Below are positions 43,291 to 57,461 of a stretch of 64,000 nucleotides of DNA, in pieces. The notes beneath the pieces are model-generated. The model had not been told where the DNA came from and did no database searches. It saw nothing but the letters and a program-made list of their open reading frames with translations. The stretch's first letter is position 1. Each line of letters starts with the position of its first letter. The DNA comes from Flaccisagitta enflata (lineage: Eukaryota): assembly GCA_965153355.1 (NCBI GenBank), contig OZ231126.1, positions 23,994,001 to 24,058,000 of the forward strand, read 5' to 3'. The position numbers and the translations under genes are program-made.

Positions 43291-44250
43291 TGGCGAAAAT
43301 GTGGTGATGAATGGAATGGCCAAGTTGTAGGATGAGTTAGGCAAGTGCACTTTAGTGGTGACTCAGTCTTGGGATGGTTCAGGTGGTGGAAGATAGGATA
43401 TATAGAAACAAGCGTTTGGTCGTGTGTTTTTTATCTTTGATTTTCTCATCGCTTTTCTTCCCGAAATCTTTACACCTTACACATTACCATGAGTCTCTAC
43501 TTTATCTACCATGTCAGTGTAGGACTGACTCTGATCCAAGAAACGTTCTTCAGTTTTGATTTCTCATCATCAGATGTAACCGGCAGATCTCGTTTTTAGA
43601 GAACAAGGCCAAGTAGCCCAATAAGGTGCGACGTGTGGATCGTCGAACGAATGCGTTACCGACAGACCAACCGACCGACCAACCGACCAACGGACACAGC
43701 CAGTTATAGAGGTGCTTTGTCGCACCCAAAAAACAAAAGCAAAAGAGAAATTGCGTTTGTACCAACATGAAACATGAGTTCTGGAGTAAATCTTCATTGT
43801 CAAACACGGTTTTCATGATCATAAACGAGATCAGCATCAGAGAACAAAACCGGCAGCGACAATAGCAGCAACAGCAGCAACAGCAGAAACAGCAGCAGCA
43901 GTAACAGCGATGGCATTTTCTACTTCATCAGCAGCAGCCTCGTGTCCGTCCCCGTCATTCCGTCATTGACAGGCGTACAATGAGGGAAAATGGATTTTGC
44001 GCTTTTCTCCTCCTCTTTTCTCTCTACTTATCTATTACTGTCTTTTACGTCTATCTCCTTCTTTCTTTGTCTGTGTCTCTTGTCATTGTATCTGTCTCTG
44101 TCTGTGTTTGTCTATCTGTTCGCGACAGTCTGTACCTATCCATCTCTTAACTGTATGTGTGTCTTTGAGTGTATCTCTCCTTTGTACGTGTCTGTCGGCA
44201 TGTCTGTCTGCTTGACTATCTCTCTCGCTCAGTTTGTATTTCTCGGTCTC

Positions 44251-44450
<200 letters not shown>

Positions 44451-44627
44451 TTCAAGTCTTTCCTCCGAATTGAATGGAGAGAAAAACGTTGGATCCGGAT
44501 CTGCTTAATGGAAATTCATTAAAGCAAGATGACTCCATGTCTATACCAACCAGTCTGTTGCTCTTCATATGTCTGTTCGTCTACTCTTTTATTTTTCTCG
44601 AACCTTTGAAAAAAAAGTGTAAAAGTG

Positions 44628-44749
<122 letters not shown>

Positions 44750-45154
44750 TGTGCGAGTGTGCGAGTGTGAGTTACAACAGACGGACAGACAGACAATCCA
44801 AAAAATAGACAGAAACAGACAGAGACAGGCAGGCAGACAGACACAAATAGTTTTGCCGAGAACTGAGTAACGGTGGCAAAGTGATCCGGAAAAAAAGTAA
44901 CTTATGCAGATTTCATTAGGAATGTGTGAGGCCCCCAGGCAGAAAGCGAGGAAGTGAGGAAAGCTCGGTAAATTGCGTTGTAGCATGAAGCTAATTGGAG
45001 CTGTAAAGCCATATGAAGAAGAACCGGCGGATAAGATTAAGGTGAAAGGTGTGAGCGCGTGTTCCATGCTTTTGGGAGGAAAAGAGGACGGGGGGGGGGG
45101 GGGAAGAGATGGGCTGAGAAGGAAACTCGACATTTGGTTGGGAGATCGATAAGG

Positions 45155-45160
45155 AAAGAG

Positions 45161-45224
<64 letters not shown>

Positions 45225-45640
45225 AGAAGAAGAAGAAGAAGAAGAAGAAGAAGAAGAAGAAGAAGAAGAAGGAGAAGAAATAGAAGAAGAAGAAGAAGAA
45301 GAATAAGAGGAAGAATAAGAAGAAATAGAAGATGAAGAAGAAGAATTAGAAGATGAAGAAGGAGAAGAAGAAGATGAAGAAAGAAGAAGAAAAAAGAAGA
45401 AAAACAAAGGAAAAACAGATAAAGAAGAAGAAGAAGAAGAAGAAGAAGAAGAAGAAGAAGAAGAAGAAGAAGAAGAAGAAGAAGAAAGTGAGAAGAAGAA
45501 AGTGAAGAAGAAGAAGAAAAAGAGAAGAAAGTGAAGAAGAAGAAGAAGAAAAAGTGAAGAAGAAGAAGAGGAAGAAAGTGAAGAAGAGGGAGAAGAAAAA
45601 GTATAAGAAATAGAAAAATAAAAAGAAGAAAAGGAAGAAA
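45155..45640 (+). repeat. (GAA)n-based purine tract
   Basis: Direct. Confidence 0.9.
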
Positions 45641-45782
45641 TTGATGGAGGAAGATGAGTAAGAGAAGTCTAAGGGCGAGTAGGGCGTGGAAATGACGAGA
45701 AGTAATCAAATAAATGACTTTTGCGCCTCTCCTACGTCCGAAGGGAAACGCGGATGAGCAAAATCAGATGAAGGGTTAAGGG

Positions 45783-46100
45783 CCACGTGGATAACATCGA
45801 GATTGGTGTGAGCCTGTAGTGAAGGGTGAGTGGTTGAGGATGTACGTGGGCCAACATCATGGTTGGTGTGAGCCTGTAGTGAAGGGTGAGTGGTTAAGGA
45901 TAAACGTGGGTCATGTGGATAACATCATGGTTTGTGTGAGCCTGCAGTGACGGCTGAGTGGTTGAGGATAAACGTGGATAGTATTGAGGTTGGTGTGAAC
46001 TTGCAGTGAGGGGTGAGTGGTTGAGGATGAATGTCAGCCACGTGGATAACATTGAGGTTGGTGTGAGCCTGCAGTGAAGGATGAGTGGTTGAGGGTGAGG
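45783..46100 (+). repeat. Minisatellite, unit about 60-70 bp, about 5 copies
   Basis: Recurrent GGTGTGAGCCTG.AGTGAAGGGTGAGTGGTTGAGGAT. Confidence 0.85.
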
Positions 46101-46969
46101 GAGTTGTCTGAATGAAGAGTAAGCTTGGGTGTGGACCGTCAATAAAGAGCGGATGGGGGCCAAATGGTTCCGATCGAAGTTGGTGTGGATCGGCAGCCAA
46201 AACTGAAGGTGGGTGTTGACCATGTGGATCCGATTTATTCTTGCGTGTGTTCATGGCGGATTGTGAGGGTGGGTGTTGCAACGTTAGTAAGGTTGAGATG
46301 GTTGTGGGTGGTGGACTTCTGGAGGTGAAGAGTAAGGGTGGGTGTTGGCTGGCCTTGAAGTAGGGTTATAAAATGCTGGCTGCTTGCCACATTTCAAACT
46401 TTGTTAGCTTTCGCAAAATTTCAAATGCGTTGGGATATTTTACCCCTTCTATCATGAATATATATATCCATAACTATATACACCAGTCATGATTATCATG
46501 CACAATCAAAAACTTGACATTTGCATTGATAAATGCTGAAAAAATTGCGAGAAAATTAGCTCAAAAAGAGTTACGATAGATCATCAAATATTTTTTAACT
46601 TCGTGGTTAATTGTCGGCGAAGTGTATGACGAATTGTCTTGAATTCACTAACAGGGACCTGCTCTGTAAAAAATGTGAGCCAGAGCAAAAAACCGCATTC
46701 AAATCGGTGGACGCCCACCGACGCCATAGCCTCGCATGTGTTAAAAAAATTTAATCGGCAAAAAATCATCAGGGTTGTTGTCTTCGTTTAGGCGACACAA
46801 AGTTGCGGCTGTTACGAATACGGATCGGAGGGAGATTTTTTCTTCCTGCACCATTTTTTTAGATAATTACTGATAAAGTATATGTTTCAGCATATCATTC
46901 GAATCCTCTTTTCATGAAGAATATGAAAATAATAATGGATATTATTTTCTCGAAACGCTGTGGCTATTG

Positions 46970-48290
46970 TGACCACAGACTCGAAAACCTTGACCACAGC
47001 CTCGAAAACCATGACCACAGTTTCAAAAATCGAGACCACAGTTTCGAAAATCGAGACCACAAACTTGAAACTTGCAACCAGAGACTTGGAACTCGCGCCC
47101 ACAGACTCGAAAATCGCGCCCACAGACTCGAAAATCGCGCCCACAGACTCGAAAATCGCGCCCACAGACTCAAAAATCGCACCCACAGACTTGGAAATTG
47201 AGACCACAGACTTGGAAATCGAGACCACAGACTCGGAAAGAGACCACAGACTCAGAAAACGAGACAGACTCGGAAATCGCGACCACAGACTCGGAAATCG
47301 CGACCACAGACTCGGAAATCGCGACCACAGACTCGGAAATTGCGACCACAGACTCGGAAATCGCGACCACAGACTCGGAAATCGCGACCACAGACTCGTA
47401 AATCGCGACAAAAGAGTCGGCAATAGCGACCAAAGACTCAAAAATCACGCCCACAGACTCAAAAAATCGCGCCCACAGACTCGGAAATCGCGCCCAGACT
47501 CGGAAATCGCGCCCACAGACTCGGAAATTGCGCCCACAGACTCGGAAATTGTGTTCACCAACTCTGAAATCGCGACCACCGACTCTGATATCGAGGCCAC
47601 AGACTCAGAAATTGAGACCACAGACTCGGAAACCGAGACCACAGACTCGGAAATCGAGACCAAAGACTCGGAAATCCAGATCACAGACTCGGAAATCCAG
47701 ACCACAGACTCGGAAATCCAGACCGCAGACTTGAAAATCAAAACCGCAGACTCGGAAATCGAGACCACAGACTCGGAAATCGAGACCACAGACTCGGAAA
47801 TCGAGACCACAGACTCGGAAATCGAGACCACAGACTCAAAAATCGAGACCACAGACTGGGAAATCGCGACCACAGACTCGGAAATTGAGACCACAGTCTT
47901 GGAAATCGAGACCACAGACTCGAAAATTGAGACCACAGACTCGAAAATCAAGACCACAGACTCGGAAATCGAGACCACAGACTCGAAAATCGAGACCACA
48001 GACTCGGAAATCGAGACCACAGACTCGGAAATTGAGACCACAGACTCGGAAATCGAGACCACAGACTCGGAAATCGAGACCACAGACGCGAAAATCGAGA
48101 CCATAGACTCGGAAATCGAGACCACAGACTCGGAAATCGAGACCACAGACTCAGAAATCGAGACTACAGTCTCGGACATCAAGACCTCAGACTAGGAAAT
48201 CGAGACCACAGACTCGGAAATCGAGACCACAGACTCGGAAATCGAGACTACAGACTCGGAAATCGAGACTACAGACTTGGAAATCGAGAC
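46970..48290 (+). repeat. 21-bp tandem array, about 60 copies
   Basis: Unit GAGACCACAGACTCGGAAATC. Confidence 0.95.
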
Positions 48291-48720
48291 AGCAAGCGAG
48301 CGCATGAATGCTGCGAGGGAGCCAAGCAAGCGTAGCAAAGCAGAGCACTGCGAAGCGAGTGAGCGGTGCGAGCGAACAAACATAGCAAGCGACCAAATGG
48401 CCCTTTCTGAACAAGATGTCTAGAACGAGATGCCCAAAACAAATCAATGACTAGAAATGCGCTAGGACTCGCAATAGTTAACTTTAGCTAGTTAGATTAC
48501 TAGTTCAAATTCTGAAAACCCGTATAGTTTACTATAAGATATCAACTAGTTAAAACAATTATTGATTTGTATGGAAAAATGAGGAAAAACAGAAATTTAG
48601 ATTTAATTTTAACGAACATGATCAAATCCATTTGATCCTGACACCGAAACATGTCCCACCAAATCAGAGAGAGCCCGCCGGCCTCAGAGCCAGCTCTAAA
48701 CTAGTCATCCAAGGATCGCA

Positions 48721-49203
48721 CATGGTCAGCGGTACCCGATGCTCTGCTTGGAGTGATCAAGTGAAGTAGTGGAGTGAGAGCAGGGCAGCGGCCTTAAAGG
48801 GCCAATGTCCTGTTGGACACAGGGGTGAATTTCGAGATGTCCTGAGGTATATCAGGTCTGAAAAGACGGATAGGGGTCATTGAAGGCAGATTTAAAGTCT
48901 TTAGTGCAGAAATTAGTCGAAAAGAGCATATTTGAGGTCTAAAGAGCTGATTTGAGGCCTGGAGGGCGGATTTGAGGTCAGGAGGGCTGATTTGCAGTAT
49001 TGAGGGCAAATATGAGCTCTGAAAAGCTGATTTGAGCTCTTGAGGGCTAAATCCAGGTTTGAAAGGGCTAATTTGAGGGCTCAGAGGGCCAGAATCAGGC
49101 CTGAGAGTGCAGACTTGAAGCCCCAATGGCCAAAGGGGGACGGACAGAAGGACGGACATTTCGAAATTCCCCCGTGTGTCCCTTTGGGGCCGCTGCCCAA
49201 AAA
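48721..49203 (-). mobile_element. Family B element, diverged
   Basis: TGGTCAGCGGTACCC tail, GGGCAGCGGCC, 21-bp GATTTGAGG repeats, GGGGCCGCTGCCCAAAA. Confidence 0.75.
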
Positions 49204-49208
49204 GGTTA

Positions 49209-49254
<46 letters not shown>

Positions 49255-50032
49255 GATGTCGTTGATGTTGTCGTTAACCTACGTAGGTTTCCCCATTGCC
49301 AACGGAGCAATAACATGAGGGATAGAAGTTGGGAATAAACTCCTTGGATTAGGTTTGGTTGACTTAGCTAGTACATATGACGGCAAATTTTTGAAGGAAA
49401 ATGTGTTTAACCATTCTTTTTGAATCATTGTTAGAAAAATAATGAAGCTGGATTGCTTTCAATAAAAAAATTTCCTTTAAAGACACTTGTACATATATTT
49501 TTATAATATTCTGACTTAAAATGTAATTTGAACTATATGATTCACATGAATAGAGGTAAAAAGATGCTTTTTAATTAAGTTCTCCTTTCACTTTTTTCCA
49601 TTTTCAAAAATCAAAATTCTAAAAAAGCCAAATACAGGGAAATTTTGCATTTTGAAAAACAAAGTTCTTTCTTTTACTGATTTAAAAGGAGAACTTTGTT
49701 CTTTTTTTTTTATTCTTTAATTTTCTCTGCAAATTCAGAAATTTGACCAGCCCCTTATCAGTGACCAAACATAAAACAAGTATAAATTTTAAAAAAATTG
49801 GTAATATTGGCGGAACTTGGTCCTCTTTCTACATAAATGCATTTTTTTTTAATATCACATCTGAGCCACTTCAATCTCTTTTATTCATTTTTTTTTTGCA
49901 TTTTCATTTATACATTTCTTCAGTATTGAAACACAAATGTTGCCTTCAGAGGGACGCCGTCATATTCTCATTTCTTGGCTAACCTCTGTCTCTGAGAAGA
50001 TTCTATTGTGCCCATGGAGAGAGAGAGAGAGA

Positions 50033-50182
50033 AACAAGGCCGGATACACGGCAAGACAGTTGCGGATGGTCGGGCAGGAGCCGTGATGCAAAAACCGCTC
50101 GCAATTCAAAAAGTTTGTTACCGACCTACCGACCTACCGACCGACACGGCAAGGTGTAGAGTCGCGTGTCCACAACTAAAAA
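50033..50182 (-). mobile_element. Family A element
   Basis: AACAAGGCCGGATACACGGC ... (CCGA)n ... AGAGTCGCGTGTCCACAACTAAAA. Confidence 0.75.
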
Positions 50183-50470
50183 TACAGAGAAAACTTAAGG
50201 ACCTGATGTCACTCGGATTTTATAATTTTTCAAATTGGCGGTTAACGGACCTATTTCGAGACCTCTGCTCTTTGCTTCTCCATCCACTCAAACACACACA
50301 AACACACACACACACAAACACACACACGCATAGGGGCGCGCGCACAAACACACACTCAAACACGCTCGCAAAGAAACACACGCGCATACACACATGCATG
50401 CACACACACGCATACACACACACAAACACGTACACACACATGCATGCGAACAAATGTATATATACACGCA

Positions 50471-50557
<87 letters not shown>

Positions 50558-50979
50558 CAGATAGTTGACAACGCGAAATATCAGATGCCACAAAATCACC
50601 GCGCGGTTCACTAACGTTCAATCGTCCATGAATCAGAAACTTTTGTGAACCATGAATGTTCGCAATTCACGATTGTTTGTAAACCACAAAAATTCATGAA
50701 TCACAAACGTTCAAACGTTTTTGTATTTTGTTCCTCAAATCGTCAAACTGAAATGAGAAGATGTCATGAGTGTGTAGATTGGGTGGTTCACATAGCAAAA
50801 TTTGGGAGTATCCCTTCACCCTACTTGGATAATGTGGAGGAGCAAGAATCATGAAAATGACCATTTTTGTTTTTTTCAAAATTCTTTCATCTTCCGTTTT
50901 TGTTTTGGCCTTTTAGATTCCACAGATTTTCTAGTAATCTGCAAACTCCTGTGTAGTTTTGGTACATAAAGAATAAATA

Positions 50980-51550
50980 CAGATGTCGTCTAGACTTGGA
51001 AACACGGGGGAATTCATTACACGAAGATAAATAAAGATAAAAGAGTGATATTTTGAATATAAACTAATAAAAGGATGCTTTATTGCCCATGGGTGTCGGT
51101 TTCCATGGAAACACATTTCCATGTATTAACGCTAAAGTATCAATTTTTTGAAAAATTTTTTTAGGGAACATTGTTTAAAATAAAATTTGCTACAACTTTC
51201 CCACAGTATGTTCTGTAAGAATATCGCTGGTTTGGCGGTTGCTAGGGAGCATCACAGGGCTGTCACACATAGTTACGCTCCCTAGCAACGGCTAAACGAG
51301 CAATATTCTTACAGAACATACTGTGGGAAAGTTTTGGCAAATTTTATTTTAAACAATGTTCCCTAAAAAAATTTCTCAAAATATTGATACTTTAGCATGA
51401 ATACATGAAAATGTGTTTCCATAGCAACCAACACCCATGGGCAACAAAGCATCCTTTTATTAGTCTATATTCCAAATATCAGTCTCTTAAGTAAATTTGT
51501 CTTCCTGTAATGAATTCCCCCGTATTTCCAAGTCTAGACGACATCTACTG
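50980..51550. mobile_element. Fold-back MITE, same family, copy 2 (loop in opposite orientation)
   Basis: TA-CAGATGTCGTCTAGACTTGG ... CCAAGTCTAGACGACATCTACTG-TA; arms of about 270 bp; shares internal blocks such as AACTTTCCCACAGTATGTTCTG with copy 1. Confidence 0.9.
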
Positions 51551-51770
51551 TATTTGTTTTAAAAAATCATGATGTTTGTAAAAATAAATTAAAATATCAA
51601 ATCATAAGCTATGAAAGAGCTTATAAAGAGGCAAATTAGCAATTCTTTGAATAGTAGAAATTTATAAAAGCTGATTCAAAGAATGTCAGCATACGAGAGA
51701 ACAAGGCTGAATCCATGGTCAGTACCAGTCACGTATGGGTGGGTAGGGGCAGAAAAGGACTTTTTCACAC

Positions 51771-52640
51771 TTTTTAGTTGCGGACACGCGACTATATACC
51801 TTGCCGTGTCGGTTGTTAGGTCAGTCCGTCTGTCCGTCCATCACATATATGAATTCCGAGCGGTTTTTGGGCAGCGGCCCCGAAGGGGACGATGTCCTGT
51901 AGAACACAAGGGACTTCCGTTGGTTCGTTCGTTTGTTCGTTTATCCGTTTGTCCCCCCAGGCCCTCTCAGGCCTGAAATCTGACCTCTTAGGCCTTAAAT
52001 CTGCCCTCTCAGGCCCTTCATCTGTCCTTTCAGGCCTGAAATTTGCCCTCTCAGGCCTTGAATCTGCCCTCTCAGGCCTTGAATCTGCCCTCTCAGGCCT
52101 TGAATCTGCCCTCTCAGATTCAAGGCCTGGGAGGGCAGATTTCAGGCCTGAGGCTGAGAGGGCAGATGAAGGGCCTCAGAGGGCAGATTTCAGGCCTGAG
52201 AGAGCCTGGGGGGACAGACGGGTAGACGGACAAAAGCACGAACGAACTGAAGTCCCCTGTGTTCTACAGGACATCGTCCTTCGGAGCCGCTGCCCTGCTT
52301 CCTCTCATTCTGATTCACAACCATGCAAAGCAGGGCAGCGGGTATCGCTGACCACATATTGCTCCTGCCCAACCTTCCGCAAAAAAAAAACTCATACCGA
52401 TTGCATTACAAGTGCAAGCCCTCTGACACTAACGCTTTTACGTTTACCCTAGATTTGAAACCATGATGATTACTGCTGATTAATCTAAACTTGTTTACCA
52501 CGAGTTCTATGTTGGAACTCGGGCTTAGGTGTAGTCCATTCCATTACGATATCATTTATTGCTGAATATGCTGTTTATGGATAAAATAATACATTGATTG
52601 ATTGATTGATTGACTAGATTGCCGTGTATTCGGCCTTGTC
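51771..52640 (+). mobile_element. Family A element interrupted by a family B element and a second insertion of about 230 bp
   Basis: Colinear with the 19663 copy; 3' end GACTAGATTGCCGTGTATTCGGCCTTGT at 52611-52639. Confidence 0.7.
51864..52360 (+). mobile_element. Family B element
   Basis: Same inverted repeats; central (GGCCTTGAATCTGCCCTCTCA)n. Confidence 0.85.
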
Positions 52641-52997
52641 CAACTCGATGACCCTCGACGGACCAATGGACGGACGTAGACCACACCTCTTACATAGTTG
52701 CTAGTCCGCAACTAAAAAGAGAGAAACCGCGCTTGAGAGAGAGAGAGAGAAAATTGAGCGTGTGTTTGCTGGACAGATGACAACGCGAAACACGAATGCC
52801 GCAAAATCGACTGAAATACTTTACGCAGCTAACGAGCGCCCAGTCATTCGTGAATCACAAACGTTTGTAAATCGCGAACATTCATGAGTCACGAACATTC
52901 GTAAATCGATCACAAACATTCGTATATCACGAATGTTCGTAAATCAAAAACGTTCTTAAATCAAAAACGTTTGTCAAACACTAAGTCATTCAGACTG

Positions 52998-53532
52998 ATT
53001 TTTAAGTGCGTCCTCGCACTTCCATAAGAGGTCATGTCCATCGGTTGGTTGGTCAGTCGGTCGGTCGGTTACGCTAACGTTTGAAATGCGCAAAACGGCT
53101 CGTTACGCTCAAAATGCGTATTTCCTCATTCCTATAACATTTCATCCCTTACCACATTCATTTTAATTCATTCATTCATTCATTCATTCATTCATTCATT
53201 CATTCATTCATTCATTCATTCATTCATTCATTCATTCGTTCATTCATTCATTAATTCATCAAAAACGTTCATTCACAAATTCTGAATCAAGCGAGGCGTA
53301 CTTATTGGCCATCACTTGGCCTTGTTTTAAGTTGCGGACACGCAACTCTATAAGAGGCTTTGTCCGTCTGTCCGTCTGTTGGTCCGTCCGTCCGTTGGTC
53401 CGTCCGTTGGTCCGTCAGCATGAGTCGAAAAGTGGGAAAACAAGCGTTCTAGAACATTTTTAGTCGTGGACAGTTGCATTTCCGCCCCTGCCCACCCGTC
53501 CGCAACTGATGGCCGTGTATCCGGCCTTGTTT
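52998..53532 (+). mobile_element. Two tandem family A-type elements, the first with an (ATTC)n tract
   Basis: Two 5' hairpins with (GGTC)n tracts and two GGCCTTGTT ends (about 53326 and 53532). Confidence 0.7.
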
Positions 53533-55406
53533 CTAAGCTCGTGAAACTGAAATGAGTTGAGGTTTTAAGCGTATAAAAGCTTGCATAAGAAGAGTGCAAA
53601 TGAGGACATGAGGACATGTTAGCGATTCTAAAAATGCAAAAATCAGCAAGTGTACAAATGCACGTACAAGCAAGCGTGCAAATGCACATACGAGCGAGCT
53701 TAAAAATGCACATACAAGCAAACGTACAAATGAATGCACATGCGAGTGTGTAAATGCATGCATTAGGATTACCGCCCTGTCTAACCTCATTGTAAACAGC
53801 CCACATCCACCCATATAACTGCCCCTTCCCTCCTGCAATACTACCCATGCTCATCTGCGAGGCATTGGGCTGTTAGTCCATCCGTCTGTGATGATCGAGT
53901 TGAAAATTGTGAAAACGCGCAATTGCCATGAGGTAAGTTACTGCGGTTGCGTGCATGTGTGGAAGGGGGTGTGGCACAGGGTTGAATACCCCTGCCCACC
54001 CGTCCACGATGACCTTATATCCAGGCCTTTTTAATAGATTTCTGGACAGAGCCTGTCGGGCTCTCTCTGCACAATATTGCAAAACCCGACGGAAAAACAG
54101 CCAGCCCGATGCATCGTTTTTTTACTTTTGACTCTAATTTGGGCATGTTAATATGGCCCCATCATCATAAAATTTTAGGTGATAGTAATGCATGACGTTG
54201 AAAATTTACAGTAAAAATTTCATGAATATCAAACCAGTTTTAGGGGGTTAAATGATTGTTTTTTTTTTCCTTAGGTACCCCCAAAATAACTATTTTCAGG
54301 CCTTTTGGACATTAATTTAAGCCTTCAAACTGAAATTTTTCTTGTTACACCAGACCAAATGTGATTGATGATTATAAAAACATGTGAACTCTGAAGAACA
54401 GGTGGTTTACAGGAGAGGTGTTACCTTCCAGATGCCGAAATTTATGATTTTTTGACATTTGGCACATGATAGCAATTTCATTTTTTTTTTTTTTGACAGG
54501 GAAAAAATGCTAAATAAGGGCCGAATTTTTTTTTGGAGATCATCAACGACCCCAACAAAAAAATTTGGGTCATAGTTGACTCCTCCCCTACATGATTTGG
54601 CATTGTCCCCACATAGAAGTTAATTTTTCAAAAATTCGATTTGTCGATTTTCGACTTTCAAGTCTAATTTGGGCATCTTAACATTGTCCGAATGTCATGA
54701 AATTTTAGATGAAGGAAGTACAAGATGTAAAGAAGCCACAGTTCAAATTTTATCGAAATCGGACAAGGTTAAGGGGGGTAAAAGTCTCTCCCAGTGCATG
54801 AAATAACTTCAGAAAATGGCATATTTTTTTCAACCCTGCACAAAAAGCACTATAACTCAAAAGTGGTTGAAAATATCAACTCGAAACCAATTTTTTCGAT
54901 TCCTCAGGCAATTTTGCATTGATTTACCTATTTGGTAAAATTTTTCTACAATTTTTATTATTTTTTAAAAATTTTTCGTGAAAACGTGTCCCTTTGAAAA
55001 ATGAACAAACAGATCTCGACGTTTTTCACTGTTTGAGGCCGGTCAAATGAGTTGATTCTGGGCCAAAAAGTATTATTCTTGCCAGATAATGTACTCAACA
55101 TGTCTCTGGAGGTAGTTTCTGACAAGTATAGGACTTTTTGACCAAATTCGATGAATACATTTTATAACCCTACTTGAAGAGCGAATGTGGGTTGCGTGTG
55201 TCATTGAGGGATGGTGAGGCTTTGAGTGAGCCGTCTGTGAAGGTTGAGGGTTGGCTTAGGTAACATTGGAAGACCGCTGACACAAGATACGGATATTTGG
55301 ATTCTGGTTGAAGAGCTTTCTTTTACTGCTGCTTTACGTACATGGCGAGGATTGTTTTACAGAAGAGCTGGGAGTTATGGGTGGGATTTGGGTCTGGCCG
55401 CATGTA

Positions 55407-55490
55407 CAGATGAACCCCGCTTTAACGGACCCGCCATCAACGGAATTCCGCCTATAACAGATAAAACTTGTTAGTCCCATGAATTGTCTT
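55407..55490 (+). mobile_element. pogo/Tigger-like left end fragment
   Basis: TA-CAGATGAACCCCGCTTTAACGGAC... with repeated AAC(G/A) motifs; no partner end found. Confidence 0.4.
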
Positions 55491-56698
55491 TCAGCTCAGG
55501 GTAAACGTTGGTATGTGACAGTTGAAGGAATGGCCCAGAATGGAAAGCACGATATTGTAATAGTGACCATTTAACTCTTAATTCAATACTAAATTCACAA
55601 ACGAGCAGTGATATTGAGGGCAGTGCGAAGTAAGTAGAACCAAATGAATCATTCAAACATGAACCAAGAAGATAAAAACTCTACCGAGGAAAAAAAAGTT
55701 GCCATTTGAGAGTGAAACTGCGATTCGATTCTCATTCCCACACTTGATTAGTTTCACTTGGCGACGTCCCACAGAGAGCCAAATAAGCTCGATTCCAGGC
55801 GATAAACCAAAGGATTTTTTCAATTTTTAACTCTCAATATCTGCTGAAATAAGGAGGAGAGAACAAAATGGGTGTTTTGTTCTCTTAGAGGGGGTTAGAA
55901 TAAGGGGGTGAGTGAAAAAAAAATGAAAAAAGTTTTTTTTTCTCCAAGATATTGCAGTAAAAAGAGGCGATGCCCTCATCATGCCTCATCAAAAAAATTT
56001 TAACACCATTGCATAGAGGAGATTGAGCACATTCCAAATATGTAAGCATATGTGCATATTGCTGCCGCTTTGGCGCTCAGAGCAGATGGAAAGTCACTCT
56101 GGCAGCAATGGTTTTCAGCGACGATGTCCAGTTGAATCCCGATCTTTCCATCAACAAGAATGGCAAAGTAAGGAAGAGGAAGAGGATAGAAATAAGGAGA
56201 GTAGATAAGGAAGAGGAACACTGAATGAAGATTAACTTGAAACAGGCTCATTCACTAAATTGGACACGTTGGTGGCGCCTTGATAAGTCACTTAACTTTT
56301 GCTTAAAAGTCTTGGGTTCGATCCTCATCTGTAACTAATACTTTTGACACAAACATATTTTAGATGAGTCCCAAACACACTGAGGGGAATTTTTCAAAGG
56401 AAAAATGAATGTGACTTCCAAGATTCGAACTCAGAACCTTGTGAGCAAAAAACAAGCATGTTACCACAAGACCATTCTTATTCCTAAACTTGAAGGATAA
56501 TTTGATTGTGTTATTCTAAAATGGCAGCAAGTTCTTCACCTAAGTTGTTCTTATCTTTTTCATTGCAAACTCTGGCAGTTGATCAGAGTGCCCTCCTCTG
56601 TCAATGAGATGCATAAATAAATCTTAGACATAAGGAAACTGCTCAGCAGATTGTTCTGTGGTACAGTGTGCGTCCGTGTTTTATGACGAACCGCTTCA

Positions 56699-56780
<82 letters not shown>

Positions 56781-57105
56781 TCTTCAGCAGTCAAGAACTC
56801 GGCACTTGGCTATTTCTGCATTTGAAATAGGATAATCTCTCTCTTTTCTTTTTTTGCCCATAAAATGATATCAATTCGAACATAAAATCCCGAATACGGC
56901 CATAAAGGGACGCTGTCCAACCTCCTTTTTCCTCCTCCTCACCCGCCTCCCTCACCGCAATCTCTCTCTTCCTCCTCCTCACCCTCCATCTCTTCCTCAC
57001 CTCCCCTACCCTCTTTTACACGCGCGTTCTCCTCCTCCATCGCTAATGCTTGGGGCTACTGAGTACTCCCCCACCGGAGGCGTCCATATATGCAAATGAG
57101 TAAAA

Positions 57106-57186
<81 letters not shown>

Positions 57187-57461
57187 CCATCATTATCATC
57201 AAGTGCAGAGGAGAAGTCGGACTCGGGACTCAACGGCGCTTCTCTGATGAATGTCTTTGATCGAGGTCGAATTCGATTCAAATTGTGGAGAAAAAAAAGT
57301 TTTTAAAGAAAAAATATTAGAAAAAAACCAAAGTTAAAGATGAATGGAAGAAAAAAAGAAACTAAGTGAAGAAAAAAAAATGAAATGGAAGGAAAACCTG
57401 ATGGATTGCAGAAGTTGTAATGGAAAGATGGACTAGCAAGCTGTTTCAAGCTTTACTGTTC

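Noticed and set aside
46960-48195. 411-aa ORF of SEIETTD heptads
   Set aside because: The 21-bp unit has no stop codon in any of the six frames, so long ORFs occur on both strands by default. The ORF drifts between repeat phases and has no ATG start or unique domain.
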